Origin: an uncultured bacterium
GTDB lineage: Bacteria > Verrucomicrobiota > Kiritimatiellia > RFP12 > CAIWXQ01
Direction of reading: 5' to 3'
NCBI GenBank assembly: GCA_903861045.1
Contig: CAIOST010000353.1
Span: forward strand, 4,097 to 68,096
Length of the DNA stretch: 64,000 bases
This document shows positions 1 to 9,346 of the stretch, piece by piece. Position 1 is the first letter of the stretch, and every line of letters begins with the position of its first letter. Both the position numbers and the translations under genes were made by a program. Under the pieces are notes generated by a model. That model saw only the letters and a list, made by a program, of their open reading frames with translations. It was not told the origin of the DNA and ran no database searches.

Positions 1-711
1 GGCGACCGGAATTACACTCGCCTGCACCTCGACCATGTCCCGGTCATTGACGAGGATGACCGGACCGTGGACTTCCTGGAGATTCTAGGGCGGGCCGTGC
101 AGGCCGGCTATGATTCGATCATGGTGGATGGTTCGCGGCTGTCGCTGGCCGAGAACATCCGTTGCACGCGGCAGGCCGCCGACTTGGGCCGCGCCGCCGG
201 CGTAGCCGTGGAAGGCGAACTCGGGGCCGTCATGGGGCACGAGGCCGGTCCCCTGCCGCCCTATGAGGAGCTCTTCGCGTCCGGTCGCGGGTTCACCGAT
301 CCGAACGAAGCCGTCAAGTTCGTGCAGGAATCCGGCGTGCAGTGGCTCTCCGTGGCTATCGGCAATATCCATGGCGCCATCTCCGCCGCCCAGAAGGACA
401 AAGCCAAGACCGAGGCGCGCCTGAACATTGAGCACCTGGCCAAAATTCAGCGCGCCACCGGTGTCCCGCTCGTGCTGCACGGCGGCACCGGCATCCGCAA
501 AGAGTATATCCAGCAGGCGATCCGCCACGGTATCGCCAAGATCAACGTGGCCACCGCCATCCGCCAGCCGTACGAACGCGCCCTCAAGCAGTCGGTCGCG
601 GCGGCCCAGCAGGCGGTTTACGACGCCATGCTCGTCGTCATCCATCAGGATCTCGAGATCGCCGGCACGGCCAAGCAGTTGTTGGCGGCTGAAACAGCCA
701 AGGGAAGATAA
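1..711 (+). CDS. class II (metal-dependent) ketose-bisphosphate aldolase family protein, 5'-partial (gene starts upstream of window)
   Basis: Frame 1 is open from nt 1 (translates ...YTRLHLDHVPVIDED... ahead of the listed 67..711 ORF). The LHLDH, AVEGELG and VLHGGTG motifs are characteristic of class II fructose/tagatose-bisphosphate aldolases. Recognised by eye. Confidence 0.8.
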   Translation, partial: GDRNYTRLHLDHVPVIDEDDRTVDFLEILGRAVQAGYDSIMVDGSRLSLAENIRCTRQAADLGRAAGVAVEGELGAVMGHEAGPLPPYEELFASGRGFTDPNEAVKFVQESGVQWLSVAIGNIHGAISAAQKDKAKTEARLNIEHLAKIQRATGVPLVLHGGTGIRKEYIQQAIRHGIAKINVATAIRQPYERALKQSVAAAQQAVYDAMLVVIHQDLEIAGTAKQLLAAETAKGR

Positions 712-731
712 TCGTTTCGCGCACCAGCACC

Positions 732-760
732 GGTAGGGCGGGGCCGCCGGACCCGCCGCC
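732..760. repeat. 29-nt copy of a GC-rich repeat (GGTAGGGCGGGGCCGCCGGACCCGCCGCC) also present as an inverted pair at 54105-54188
   Basis: 25 nt are identical to 54164-54188. The last bases match the reverse complement of 54105-54116. The copy lies in the aldolase/isomerase intergenic spacer. Confidence 0.8.
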
Positions 761-809
761 ACACATTCTCTCACCAATCGGACATTCACCAGACCACCAA
801 GGACACACC

Positions 810-2210
810 ATGAAAAAGACCACCTTCGCCCTCTACTTCGGCAACCGCGGTTTCTTCCCCGAAACCCTGATCGCGGGCGCCCGCCGTGAGATGCAGCAGC
901 GCCTGAACCAGCTCGGCTACGGCACGCTCCTGCTCGACGCCCGCGCCACGCCGCACGGCGCCGTGGAATCACCCGCCGATGGCGCCATCTACGCTGCCTT
1001 CCTGGCCGCCCACCGCGGCCAGTATGATGGCGTGATCCTCTGCCTCCCCAACTTCGGCGACGAGACCGGCGCCATTAGCGCCCTGCGCGACGCCGGCGTC
1101 CCCATCCTCATCCAGGCCTACCCCGATGAGCACGATAAGATGGGGTTCCAGCACCGCCGCGACGCCTTCTGCGGCAAGTTCTCCGTCATGGACGTCTTCT
1201 GCCAGTACGGCTTGCCGTTTACCACCTTCCAGCCGCACACCGTCCATCCCGCCGCCGACATCTTCGCGCAACACGTCCACGACTTTGCCGCCGTCTGCCG
1301 CGTGGTCAATGGCATGCGGCGCACCATCATCGGCGCCATCGGCGCCCGCACCACGGCCTTCAAGACCGTGCGCTTTGACGAACTGACCCTGCAGCGACTC
1401 GGCATCACCACCGAGGCCTTGGACCTCTCCGACGTGATCCAGCGCACGGGCCGCGTCAAGACCACCGCCCCCGCCTACCGCGCCAAGGCCACCCGCCTCA
1501 AGGGGTACACCAACTGGCGCGGCGTGCCGGCCAAGGCCTTCGAGACGCTGGTCAAGCTGGGCGTGGTATTGGACGAACTCATGGCGGAATACAAGATGGA
1601 CGCCATGGCGCTGCGCTGCTGGATCGAGCTCGAGCAGATCCTCAAGGTCTCCCCCTGCGTGCTGCTCAGCGAAATCAATGACCGCGGCATCCCGGCCGCC
1701 TGCGAGTTGGACGTCGGCAACGCCGTGGCCATGCGCGCGCTCACGCTGGCCTCCGGCCGCCCCTCCACCTGTCTGGATTGGAACAACAACTACGGCGACG
1801 ACCCGGACAAGTGCATCCTCTTCCACTGCGGCCCGGTGCCGCAGTCGCTGATGACCGCCAAGGGGCAGGTCATCGAGCACCCGATGTTTGCCAAAGCGCT
1901 CGGCGCCGGCTGCGGCTTTGGTTGCAACGTCGGGCGCATCGCCGCCAACCCGATGACCTTCGCCAGCACCAAGACGCAGGATGGCAAGCTCAGCTTCTAT
2001 CTGGGCGAAGGGGCTTTCACCGCCGACCCGATTGCCGACGACTTCTTTGGCTGCGCCGGCGTGGCGCAGATCAACAAACTGCAGGATAAGCTGCAGGTGA
2101 TCGGCCAGGAAGGGTACCGCCACCATGTCGGCCTCACGGTCGGCCACGTCGCCACGGCCGTCAACGAAGCCTTCACCCGCTACCTCGGCTACACCAAGAC
2201 CACCATATGA
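810..2210 (+). CDS. L-fucose/L-arabinose isomerase-family sugar isomerase
   Basis: 466-aa ORF with strong GC3 bias. The N-terminus ALYFGNRGFFPE and the overall length resemble the L-fucose isomerase-like family. It sits between an aldolase and an FGGY kinase (isomerase-kinase-aldolase logic). The family call is by eye only. Confidence 0.65.
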   Translation: MKKTTFALYFGNRGFFPETLIAGARREMQQRLNQLGYGTLLLDARATPHGAVESPADGAIYAAFLAAHRGQYDGVILCLPNFGDETGAISALRDAGVPILIQAYPDEHDKMGFQHRRDAFCGKFSVMDVFCQYGLPFTTFQPHTVHPAADIFAQHVHDFAAVCRVVNGMRRTIIGAIGARTTAFKTVRFDELTLQRLGITTEALDLSDVIQRTGRVKTTAPAYRAKATRLKGYTNWRGVPAKAFETLVKLGVVLDELMAEYKMDAMALRCWIELEQILKVSPCVLLSEINDRGIPAACELDVGNAVAMRALTLASGRPSTCLDWNNNYGDDPDKCILFHCGPVPQSLMTAKGQVIEHPMFAKALGAGCGFGCNVGRIAANPMTFASTKTQDGKLSFYLGEGAFTADPIADDFFGCAGVAQINKLQDKLQVIGQEGYRHHVGLTVGHVATAVNEAFTRYLGYTKTTI

Positions 2211-3706
2211 GCCTGCTCGGCATCGATCTCGGCACCAGCGGCTGCAAGGTGGCGGCCTTTGCGGCGCATGGCCAGTGCCTGGCCCAGGCCAGCCGGCCGT
2301 ATGACATGCGACAGTCACAGGCCGGCTGGGCCGTGCTGGACAGTCACGAGGTGTGGGCCAGGGTGCGGGAGGCCATCCGCGAGGTGGCGTCCCGCACCAG
2401 CCATGATCCCATCACGGCGCTGGCCACCAGCTCGTTTGGCGAAGCCATGGTGCCGGTCTCCCGCGATCGCCGCATCCTGGGTAACAGCATTCTCTGCATG
2501 GATGCGCGCGGCGCCGAACATGTAGCGCGACTGGAACAGGAGCTGGGGCAGGAGGCGTTCTATCGCATCAACCCCAACATCCTCGGGCCGCAATACTCGC
2601 TGCCGAAGCTGCTTTGGCTGCGCGAACACGAACCGGCCCTCTTCCAGCAGGCCGACCACTTCCTGCTCTGGGGCGATCTGGTAGCCTTCCTGCTCGGCTG
2701 CGAACCGGTCACCGCCAACTCCCTCGCCAACCGCACGCTGCTCTTCGACCTGGCACGCAACGACTGGTCGGACGAACTGCTGGCCTGGAGCGGTATAGCC
2801 CGGCAGCGCCTGGGGCGCGTGGTGCCCGGTGGCACTGTAATCGGCGAGGTAGCCCCGGCCGTGGCGGCGGAGCTGAACCTGCCGCGCGGTGTGAAGGTGG
2901 TCGCCGGCGGCCATGACCAGTGCTGCAATGCGCTGGGGAGCGGCTGTATCGAGGCAGGCACGGCTGTTTGCGGCATCGGCACCTTCGAGTGCATCACGCC
3001 ATGTTACGCGCAGATCCCGCCGGCGGCACAGATGCTGGCCGAGAACCTCAACGTCGAGCATCATCTGTTGCCGGGGCTCTACGTCTCCTTCCTCTTCAAT
3101 CAGGCTGGCGCGCTGGTGAAATGGTTCCGCGACACCTTTGCCGCCGACGTCGCAGGCGACGAGGAAATCTATGCCCGGCTGAATGCGGAACTCCCGGTGG
3201 AGCCCACGCGCCTGCTCACGCTGCCGCACTTCACCCCGCCGCTCTGGCCCCGCAGCATCCCGGACTCCGCCGGCGTCATTCTAGGGTTGCGCACCAGCAC
3301 CACCCGTGGCGAGATCCTGAAGTCCATCATGGAGTGTGAGACGCTCTATTTCGCCGATGCCATGCAATCGCTGCAGCGCATGGGCGTGCACACCAACAGC
3401 TTTATCGCCACCGGCGGCGGCGCGCGCTCTGATGCCTGGCTGCAGATCAAGGCCGACATCTTTGGCATCCCGTTCATCCGCCCCCGCATCTCGGAGGGGA
3501 GCCTGCTGGGGGCGGCCATGCTGGCCGGGATCAGTACTGGCGTTTTCGCCTCGGCCGGCGAAGCGGCCAGCCGGTTTGTGGCCGAAGACCGTACCTTCCT
3601 GCCGGATCCGGCGCGCCACGCCTTGTACAAAGAGAAGGCGGCGCTCTACCGACAGATCTTCCCTGCCACGCGCGAGCTTCTTAAGCAGATTGCTCCCACC
3701 CCATAG
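2207..3706 (+). CDS. FGGY-family carbohydrate kinase (xylulokinase/fuculokinase-like)
   Basis: N-terminal LGIDLGTSGCKVAAF (ASKHA phosphate-1 motif) and C-terminal ATGGGARSDAWLQIKADIFG motif. ATGA start/stop overlap with the upstream isomerase. Confidence 0.85.
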   Translation: MSLLGIDLGTSGCKVAAFAAHGQCLAQASRPYDMRQSQAGWAVLDSHEVWARVREAIREVASRTSHDPITALATSSFGEAMVPVSRDRRILGNSILCMDARGAEHVARLEQELGQEAFYRINPNILGPQYSLPKLLWLREHEPALFQQADHFLLWGDLVAFLLGCEPVTANSLANRTLLFDLARNDWSDELLAWSGIARQRLGRVVPGGTVIGEVAPAVAAELNLPRGVKVVAGGHDQCCNALGSGCIEAGTAVCGIGTFECITPCYAQIPPAAQMLAENLNVEHHLLPGLYVSFLFNQAGALVKWFRDTFAADVAGDEEIYARLNAELPVEPTRLLTLPHFTPPLWPRSIPDSAGVILGLRTSTTRGEILKSIMECETLYFADAMQSLQRMGVHTNSFIATGGGARSDAWLQIKADIFGIPFIRPRISEGSLLGAAMLAGISTGVFASAGEAASRFVAEDRTFLPDPARHALYKEKAALYRQIFPATRELLKQIAPTP

Positions 3707-4120
3707 GCTGGCCACGCACGATATCGTGTGATGGCGCCTGCTCTGGGAACCCATCTCACCAGAGGGGGGCGACGGTCTGGCAAGATTAGATCCATCCTCA
3801 TGCGGGAATGGCCAAGGGGTTGCAGCCGGCGAGGCGCGCTTCGGCCCCTTGTATGTCAGACAGGAGGCCTGGCACTGCAGCCTACCGGCTCATTGTGTAA
3901 TACAGGCGGTCGCGGAAAAGCTAAAGAAGTTTTATGCCGGCTGCCGAGATTGTCGCCAATGCCGCCTTCAGAAGAGGGGAAATGCCGGTATAAGGTCAGA
4001 ACAACTCGCTCACACCTTGCTTGCTACCAACCCACAGCCTCACCTTCTTAAGCAAACCCAGTATCAGTGTGTAAATCTATATAGTCGTTTGAACTTGGCG
4101 GATCTTCCCAAAAAAGTTTA

Positions 4121-4776
4121 AAAATCGCTCGGACGTCATTTTTCACGGGTGGCCCTCTCGGTTGCTATCACCGCGATTACCGTGATCCAGACTATGTGCA
4201 GGTGGCGATCTACAAGGATCGTGTGGAAATCCGCAACGCCGGTTGCCTGTACGGCGGTCTGACGCTAGAGTCCCTGCGCAGCGGACACGTTTCCAAACGT
4301 CGCAACCCCCTGATTTGCGAGATGTTCCGTCGCATCCACATGGTCGAGGCGTGGGGGCGTGGCATGCCGCTGATCCTGAGTAATGCGCCGGATGTCCTGT
4401 TCAAGGAGATCGCTGGTATCTTCATCGTCGCTTTCGCCCGACCGTCATTCCAGAGCGAACCCGAAGTGTCGGAGAAACCCCAAGAAAACCCCAAGAAAAC
4501 CCCAAGAAAACCCCAAGAAAAGACAAGGTGGACGCCTTGGCAATGTCGGAGAAAATGTCGGAGAAAATTCTGACGATCCTGACCAACAAACCCAAGGCCT
4601 CAATTGCCGACATGGCCAGCGCCACCGGCGTAACCACGCGCACGATTGAACGGAAGCTGAAGGCCTTGGTCGCTGCCAACCGCCTCCGCCGCATCGGTCC
4701 CGACAAAGGCGGCCGCTGGGAGGTGCTCCCCCCCGCGCCAGACTCTGCGCAGAGAGGAGCGGGCCATGGCGGGTGA
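4121..4776 (+). pseudogene. remnant of an AlbA_2/HATPase_c_4-type (RecG-like) ATP-dependent transcriptional regulator: N-terminally truncated and frameshifted
   Basis: Frame 2 is open from the TAA at 4118-4120. It reads ...CYHRDYRDPDYVQVAIYKDRVEIRNAG...RRNPLICEMFRRIHMVEAWGRGMP, the C-terminal ATPase-like module of this family, and no N-terminal half exists upstream. The expected winged-helix tail (SEKILTILTNKPKASIADMASATGVTTRTIERKLKAL) continues in frame 1 (ORF 4528..4776) after a frame-breaking 44-bp repeat. Confidence 0.55.
4478..4521. repeat. perfect tandem repeat, 4 x 11 bp (CCCCAAGAAAA)
   Basis: Read directly from the sequence. Units start at 4478, 4489, 4500 and 4511. Flanked by three copies of TGTCGGAGAAA at 4467, 4544 and 4556. 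Confidence 0.95.
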
Positions 4777-5038
4777 TTTCGCCAAAAAAGAAACCTCGGC
4801 TCCTATCTGCCACAATGAGCTCAAGGTCATCGCCACCGCGGTGATCACACAGGTCCGCCAGAGCGTCAGCATCGACTGGACCCTGCGCGAAAGCGCCCGC
4901 GCCCGGATTCGCGTGATAGTGAAGCGCATCCTAAACAGCTACGGCTACCCCCCGGATCTACAGGAGGAGGCGGTCAAAACGGTGCTCCAGCAGGCCGAGC
5001 TGCTCTGTGCGGACTGGGCGGAGCTGCCGGCTACGTGA
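4766..5038 (+). pseudogene. fragment corresponding to the extreme C-terminus of a type I restriction enzyme R subunit (HsdR-like)
   Basis: The 90-aa ORF ...RESARARIRVIVKRILNSYGYPPDLQEEAVKTVLQQAELLCADWA resembles the conserved C-terminal tail of HsdR proteins, which are about 1000 aa. There is no helicase/nuclease body upstream. Confidence 0.5.
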
Positions 5039-5273
5039 GGGTGTCCAGCGCCAGCGTCCGGTGTCCATAGACCCCGATTACCCTCGTCCCCCCGGTGGCG
5101 GCATCATGGTTGCCTTTGTCCGCCAGAATACGGGTACAGTCATGCCACCGGCCATCTGTTGGGAAACTGTTAGGAAACTTACTGCCTAACTATGCCGTTT
5201 TAGGCCTATTCTGGAGGGGTGGCGAACAACGGGTTTCAGATCTTTTGCTGTCGTAACTCGTTGATCATAAACA

Positions 5274-5358
5274 TGGTGGGCGAGGCGGGACTTGAACCCG
5301 CACGGCTTGCGCCACAAGATCCTAAGTCTTGCGTGTCTGCCAATTTCACCACTCGCCC
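5274..5358 (-). tRNA. tRNA-Leu (anticodon UAG)
   Basis: The reverse complement gives a GGGCGAG/CTCGCCC acceptor stem and a CAAGA/TCTTG anticodon stem with loop CTTAGGA (anticodon TAG). It also has a long variable arm, a GGTTCAAGTCC T-arm and an encoded CCA; 85 nt. Confidence 0.9.
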
Positions 5359-5475
5359 GCAACGCGCCTAAAGTCGTAGATCACTATGGACGTGCCAAGC
5401 CGCCCACCGCCCCCCAACCTGCTCTCATCAGCCTCGGTCGGCCAACGCACCGCCACCGCGCTACGGCACACCGGT

Positions 5476-6648
5476 TTACAAAGCGGCGTACCGGCCGATC
5501 AATTCATCAAACATGGGATCGTGCGCCACGTCCACGATGCCCATCTCGCGCACGGCGCTCTCCGGGGAATCGGAGGCATGTGCGGCATTCACCATGATGT
5601 TCGTGCCAAATTCACGCCGGATCGAACCCGGACGGGCCTTACGCGGGTCCGTGGAACCAAGAACATCGCGAATCTTACTGACCGCCGAGACCCCCTCATA
5701 CACGATAGCCAGGCACTCCTCATTCCCCGGCGCGACCTTCTCCTTGGGGGAACAGGTGGAGGGACGCCGGCCGCTCATGAACTCCACAATGCTCTCGAAT
5801 TCCCGCGCGGCGAAACTCGGCGCCAGCAGGGCGCAGACCGCATCCATCGCGGCCGGATCAACCGGGAACCCGAACTCCTGCGCCAGTGCCTGCGCGGCAC
5901 GATCCTTACCAAACAGCGGAAACACCCGCTGCAAACTTTCCAGCACCGGCCCATAAAAGGCCTCCGCCTGTGCCACGGACATGGCAAACTTCTTCACGCA
6001 CACAATCCGCAGCCCGGAACTGGAGAGCAGATCCACAATGTTACCAGCGCGCAGCGATGGCTGGCGGAAATTATCCGGCTTGAGCAGCACCAACGTCCGC
6101 TGCACGCCCTCCCCTGCCAGCACATCCGAGGCACTGCGCACAATCCCGGCGTCGGCAGTCGCATAGTTGAGCCAGATGCGCAGACAGGTCTGGACCTCGG
6201 CCGGTGTCGTGCCCACAATCACGGCCGGTTCGAAATAGATGACTTTGCCCGTCACCTCATCGCGCACAAAATCACCGTAGGTATCGCGCACCGTCAACCC
6301 GGTACACCAACGCTGTCGCAAACTACCCGTGACCTCACAAATCTTGCGGATGGCGTCTTCCCCCTCGAACAGCAGGCAGATGCAGCGATGCGGACGCCCA
6401 CTCGCCGGATCCGGCGCATAGGCCGACTGCACATAGTTCGCCAGCAGTTCCCCGACTTCCGGGTCCTTGGGATCAATCACGCGCAGATACGCAGAAAACT
6501 CATCCGCCAACGCTCGGGACGGGCCAAACAGACGTGCGCCGACCAACTTCAAATCGGTCCGCGCTAAATAGCGCGCCATGATGCCACCCGTCCGTGATTT
6601 CCGAATCGGGTACGGATTGATTAAGACAAACGCCAATTCCTTCGCCAT
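5476..6648 (-). CDS. tandem nucleoside-diphosphate-kinase-like protein (degenerate N-terminal NDK-like half plus C-terminal NDK domain carrying an insertion)
   Basis: The C-terminal half has RTLVLLKPDNF...GLRIVCVKKF...AEAFY...ECLAIVYEG..AVSKIRDVLGSTDPRKARPGSIRREFG...NAAHASDS, the NDK signature including the catalytic His. The N-terminal half (LAFVLINPY...CICLLFEGEDAIRKICEVTG...TVRDTYG) repeats the pattern without the His. Start placed at MAKELAF (nt 6648, GAGG upstream) rather than the ORF-track start at 6729. Confidence 0.7.
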   Translation of the reverse strand: MAKELAFVLINPYPIRKSRTGGIMARYLARTDLKLVGARLFGPSRALADEFSAYLRVIDPKDPEVGELLANYVQSAYAPDPASGRPHRCICLLFEGEDAIRKICEVTGSLRQRWCTGLTVRDTYGDFVRDEVTGKVIYFEPAVIVGTTPAEVQTCLRIWLNYATADAGIVRSASDVLAGEGVQRTLVLLKPDNFRQPSLRAGNIVDLLSSSGLRIVCVKKFAMSVAQAEAFYGPVLESLQRVFPLFGKDRAAQALAQEFGFPVDPAAMDAVCALLAPSFAAREFESIVEFMSGRRPSTCSPKEKVAPGNEECLAIVYEGVSAVSKIRDVLGSTDPRKARPGSIRREFGTNIMVNAAHASDSPESAVREMGIVDVAHDPMFDELIGRYAAL

Positions 6649-6756
6649 GCAAATCCTCAGGAAGCTAACCACCGCCGCACCACGCGAAAGCAGGTAGATG
6701 ACTATAAAGAAAGCGACGGGCAGAGTCAAACCAAGGAGGGGTGGCGGCGCACAAGA

Positions 6757-7731
6757 TTATGACACGGGATCGCCGGCAGGCGGTGGCAACCAGCAGCGGA
6801 CCTGACGATGATCACCGATGTCCTGATACGGCGGCGGCTGTGCGCAGGCCGCCCGTCGCTGCTCGCAGCGCGGTTCGAAGGCGCACCCGGACGGCCAGCG
6901 ATCGGGCGACGGCACGGTACCCGGGATCCCGGCCAGCACGCTCCCCCAAGGTGCGTCCAGACGTGGCACGGCGGCCAGCAACCCCGCCGTGTACGGATGG
7001 CGCGGGGAGCGCAACACGCGCGCCACCGGCCCCATCTCGACCACCTGCCCTGCATACATTACGGCCACCCGCTCCGACTGCCCCGCCACCAACCCGAGAT
7101 TGTGGGTAACCAGCAGCACGGCCATGCCATTTTCCCGCGCCAGCGTCGCAATCAATGCCAGCACCTGCTGCTGGGTCGTCACATCCAGTGCCGTGGTGGG
7201 CTCATCGGCAATCAGCAGGCGGGGACGACAAGCCAAGGCCATCGCCACCATCGTGCGCTGCTGCATGCCCCCGCTCAAGGCACTCGGATAGGCGCGCACG
7301 GCGCGTTCCGGATCCGGCAGGCCGACCCGTTCCAGCAACCTGACCGCCTCAGCCAGGCGTGCGGGCGGCGTACCGGTCAGACACTCGCCAATCTGATCCC
7401 CGATGCGCATGACGGGATTCAGCGCCCCCGCCGGGTCCTGAAAAATGTAGGCGATGCCATCGCGCCCGCGCATCGCGCGCAAGCCCTCGGCATCCTGCGA
7501 CAGCAAATCACGTCCACCAAACCAGGCACGCCCGGTACGCTCCGCGCGATCCGTGGGCGACAACGCCGTCAGCGCCAGGCACGTCATGCTCTTGCCACAA
7601 CCGCTCTCCCCCACCAGCGCCAACTGCTCGCCCGGCGCCAGGGAGAACGACACCCCACGCACCGGTGTGGTCAGCACCCCGTTACGTCGGAAGCGGACGT
7701 ACAAATTCTCAACCTGTAGCAAAGGATCCAT
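6757..7731 (-). CDS. oligopeptide/dipeptide-type ABC transporter ATP-binding protein (OppD/DppD-like)
   Basis: Walker A GESGCGKS, signature LSGGMQQR, Walker [13 protein letters not shown], and a C-terminal [12 protein letters not shown] oligopeptide-type extension. Confidence 0.85.
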   Translation of the reverse strand: MDPLLQVENLYVRFRRNGVLTTPVRGVSFSLAPGEQLALVGESGCGKSMTCLALTALSPTDRAERTGRAWFGGRDLLSQDAEGLRAMRGRDGIAYIFQDPAGALNPVMRIGDQIGECLTGTPPARLAEAVRLLERVGLPDPERAVRAYPSALSGGMQQRTMVAMALACRPRLLIADEPTTALDVTTQQQVLALIATLARENGMAVLLVTHNLGLVAGQSERVAVMYAGQVVEMGPVARVLRSPRHPYTAGLLAAVPRLDAPWGSVLAGIPGTVPSPDRWPSGCAFEPRCEQRRAACAQPPPYQDIGDHRQVRCWLPPPAGDPVS

Positions 7732-7782
7732 GCCAGCTCCGCACGTTCATGGTCGTGAAACCGTCGTCGGCGCTGGTCAGCC

Positions 7783-8274
7783 TCAGCGCGCCGTCTGTGC
7801 CAACAACATCTGCAAGGCGGCCTCGGCCGCTTGCGCCCGCACCGCTGCGCGCGTGCCACCAAAGACAAACCGCTCCACGCACACCCCGACCGGGCTGGTC
7901 ACGGCGATAAAAACCAGCCCCACGGGTTTCGTGTCCGTGCCTCCGCCGGGCCCCGCAATCCCCGTGATCGCTGCTGCCAGATTGGCGTGTAATAGTCGCT
8001 GCACCCCGTGCGCCATGGCCAGGGCTGTCTCCGGACTGACGGCCCCCTGAGCTTCCAGCACCGCAGCCGGGACGGTCAGCAAATCGCGCTTCACGTCGTT
8101 ATGGTAAGCGACCACACCGCCGGCAAAGACCGCGGAGGCGCCCGCCACAGCGGTGAGGCGCGCCGCCACCAAGCCACCGGTGCAGGATTCCGCCAGCGCC
8201 AGCCACCCACCGCGTTGCGTGAGCCGCGCCACCAGTTGCGCTTCGCGTGTCACGTCATCCCCCTGCCCAGGCAA
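7783..8274 (-). CDS. CinA C-terminal / PncC-type nicotinamide-nucleotide amidohydrolase domain protein
   Basis: 163 aa with LALAESCTGGLVAARLT...GGVVAYHNDVKRDLL, typical of the CinA_C/PncC domain. Confidence 0.75.
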   Translation of the reverse strand: MPGQGDDVTREAQLVARLTQRGGWLALAESCTGGLVAARLTAVAGASAVFAGGVVAYHNDVKRDLLTVPAAVLEAQGAVSPETALAMAHGVQRLLHANLAAAITGIAGPGGGTDTKPVGLVFIAVTSPVGVCVERFVFGGTRAAVRAQAAEAALQMLLAQTAR

Positions 8275-8287
8275 GTGCGTGCGTCAC

Positions 8288-9346
8288 TCACGCAGGCGGT
8301 GTCTGCTGTTTTTCCAGCGCCGCCAAACGGGCTTCGAGTTCCGCGACACGGTGCTTCAGCTTATCGACGGCGCGCGGTGTCGCCAGCCCCACCACAAACT
8401 CCTTTTTCGACATGGCGGGTGAGCCCATGACAAACTCCCCGGGCGGCACATTCTTGCTGATGCCAGCCTGGGGGCCAACCTGCGCGCGGTCCCCCACGTG
8501 CAAATGCCCGGCAATGCCCGCCTGTGCCCAGACCATCACGCCGGAGCCAATTTGTGAACTGCCGGCGATCCCGGCTTGCGCCACAATCCCGGAGCAATCA
8601 CCGATCTGCACGTTGTGAGCGATCTGCACCAGGTTATCAATTTTCACCTGATTGCCGATACGAGTGCGGCCGAAACGGGCCCGATCAATCGTCGTGTTCG
8701 CGCCAATCTCCACATCATGGCCGATTTCAACCATGCCGATCTGCGGGATCTTGGTCACCACCGGCCGGCCGTCGCGAAACTCCACGTTATACCCATACCC
8801 ATCGCTACCCACGACCACGCCGCAATGCGCAATAAACCGATCGCCGATGCGACAGTCCTCGCGGATGCAAACCTGCGGATACAGATGCGCATCCGCACCC
8901 AGCACCACCCCTCGTCCGACATAGCACTGGGCCTCAATCACGGCACGGTCCCCGATCGTGGCGCCGTCTTCGATCACGGTGTACGCGCCTACATACACGT
9001 CCCGCCCTACGTGCGCGGTCGATGCGACCAGCGCCGTCGGGTGCACCCCGGGGGTCCGCACCACCGGCAGCGGGCACAACAAGCCCCCCAGCACCGTGCA
9101 GGCCTTATCCGGGTTGTCCACACGGATCAAAGTCGCGCACTTGTGTACCCCCGTCCAGCCACGCGCCACCACCACGGCCGTAGCGCCGGTGGTCGCCATC
9201 AGGTGCTCATAGCGGGGGTTCGCCAGGAAGGAAATATCCCCCGCCCGCGCCTCGACCAATGCGGAGAGCGCGCGAATCTCGGCTGTGCCATCGCCTTCCA
9301 CCATGCCGCCCACGCGGTCGGCCAACGTCGCGACCGTCCAGTTCAT
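8288..9346 (-). CDS. lpxD: UDP-3-O-acylglucosamine N-acyltransferase
   Basis: N-terminal ...DISFLANPRYEHL... followed by a long series of hexapeptide (left-handed beta-helix) repeats. Conserved bamA-skp-lpxD order. Confidence 0.9.
   Translation of the reverse strand: MNWTVATLADRVGGMVEGDGTAEIRALSALVEARAGDISFLANPRYEHLMATTGATAVVVARGWTGVHKCATLIRVDNPDKACTVLGGLLCPLPVVRTPGVHPTALVASTAHVGRDVYVGAYTVIEDGATIGDRAVIEAQCYVGRGVVLGADAHLYPQVCIREDCRIGDRFIAHCGVVVGSDGYGYNVEFRDGRPVVTKIPQIGMVEIGHDVEIGANTTIDRARFGRTRIGNQVKIDNLVQIAHNVQIGDCSGIVAQAGIAGSSQIGSGVMVWAQAGIAGHLHVGDRAQVGPQAGISKNVPPGEFVMGSPAMSKKEFVVGLATPRAVDKLKHRVAELEARLAALEKQQTPPA

Noticed and set aside
85-2318. Minus-strand ORFs 85..972 (295 aa) and 969..2318 (449 aa) opposite the aldolase and isomerase genes.
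   Set aside because: These are shadow ORFs. Their low-complexity Arg/Gly/Ala composition contrasts with the clear aldolase and isomerase motifs on the plus strand.
4478-4568. Possible CRISPR-like array, considered for this and the other short tandem repeats at 55034-55093 and 61602-61627.
   Set aside because: The repeat units are 7-12 bp and directly abutting, with no spacers, and there are no cas genes in the window. They are microsatellite-type repeats, not CRISPR.
5039-5273. Intact prophage or integrative element at tRNA-Leu: searched for an integrase and for an att direct repeat of the tRNA 3' end.
   Set aside because: No integrase-like ORF was found, and I found no copy of the tRNA 3' segment by eye between 3707 and 5273. 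Only decayed fragments remain.
5386-6567. Plus-strand 393-aa ORF opposite the NDK-like gene. Similar cases are 22625..24151(+) opposite GH2, 8576..9604(+) opposite lpxD, 37697..38695(+) opposite glgP and 60279..61574(+) opposite argG.
   Set aside because: Same reasoning as above: the opposite strand carries unmistakable family motifs, and these translations are His/Arg/Pro/Gly-rich with no motifs.
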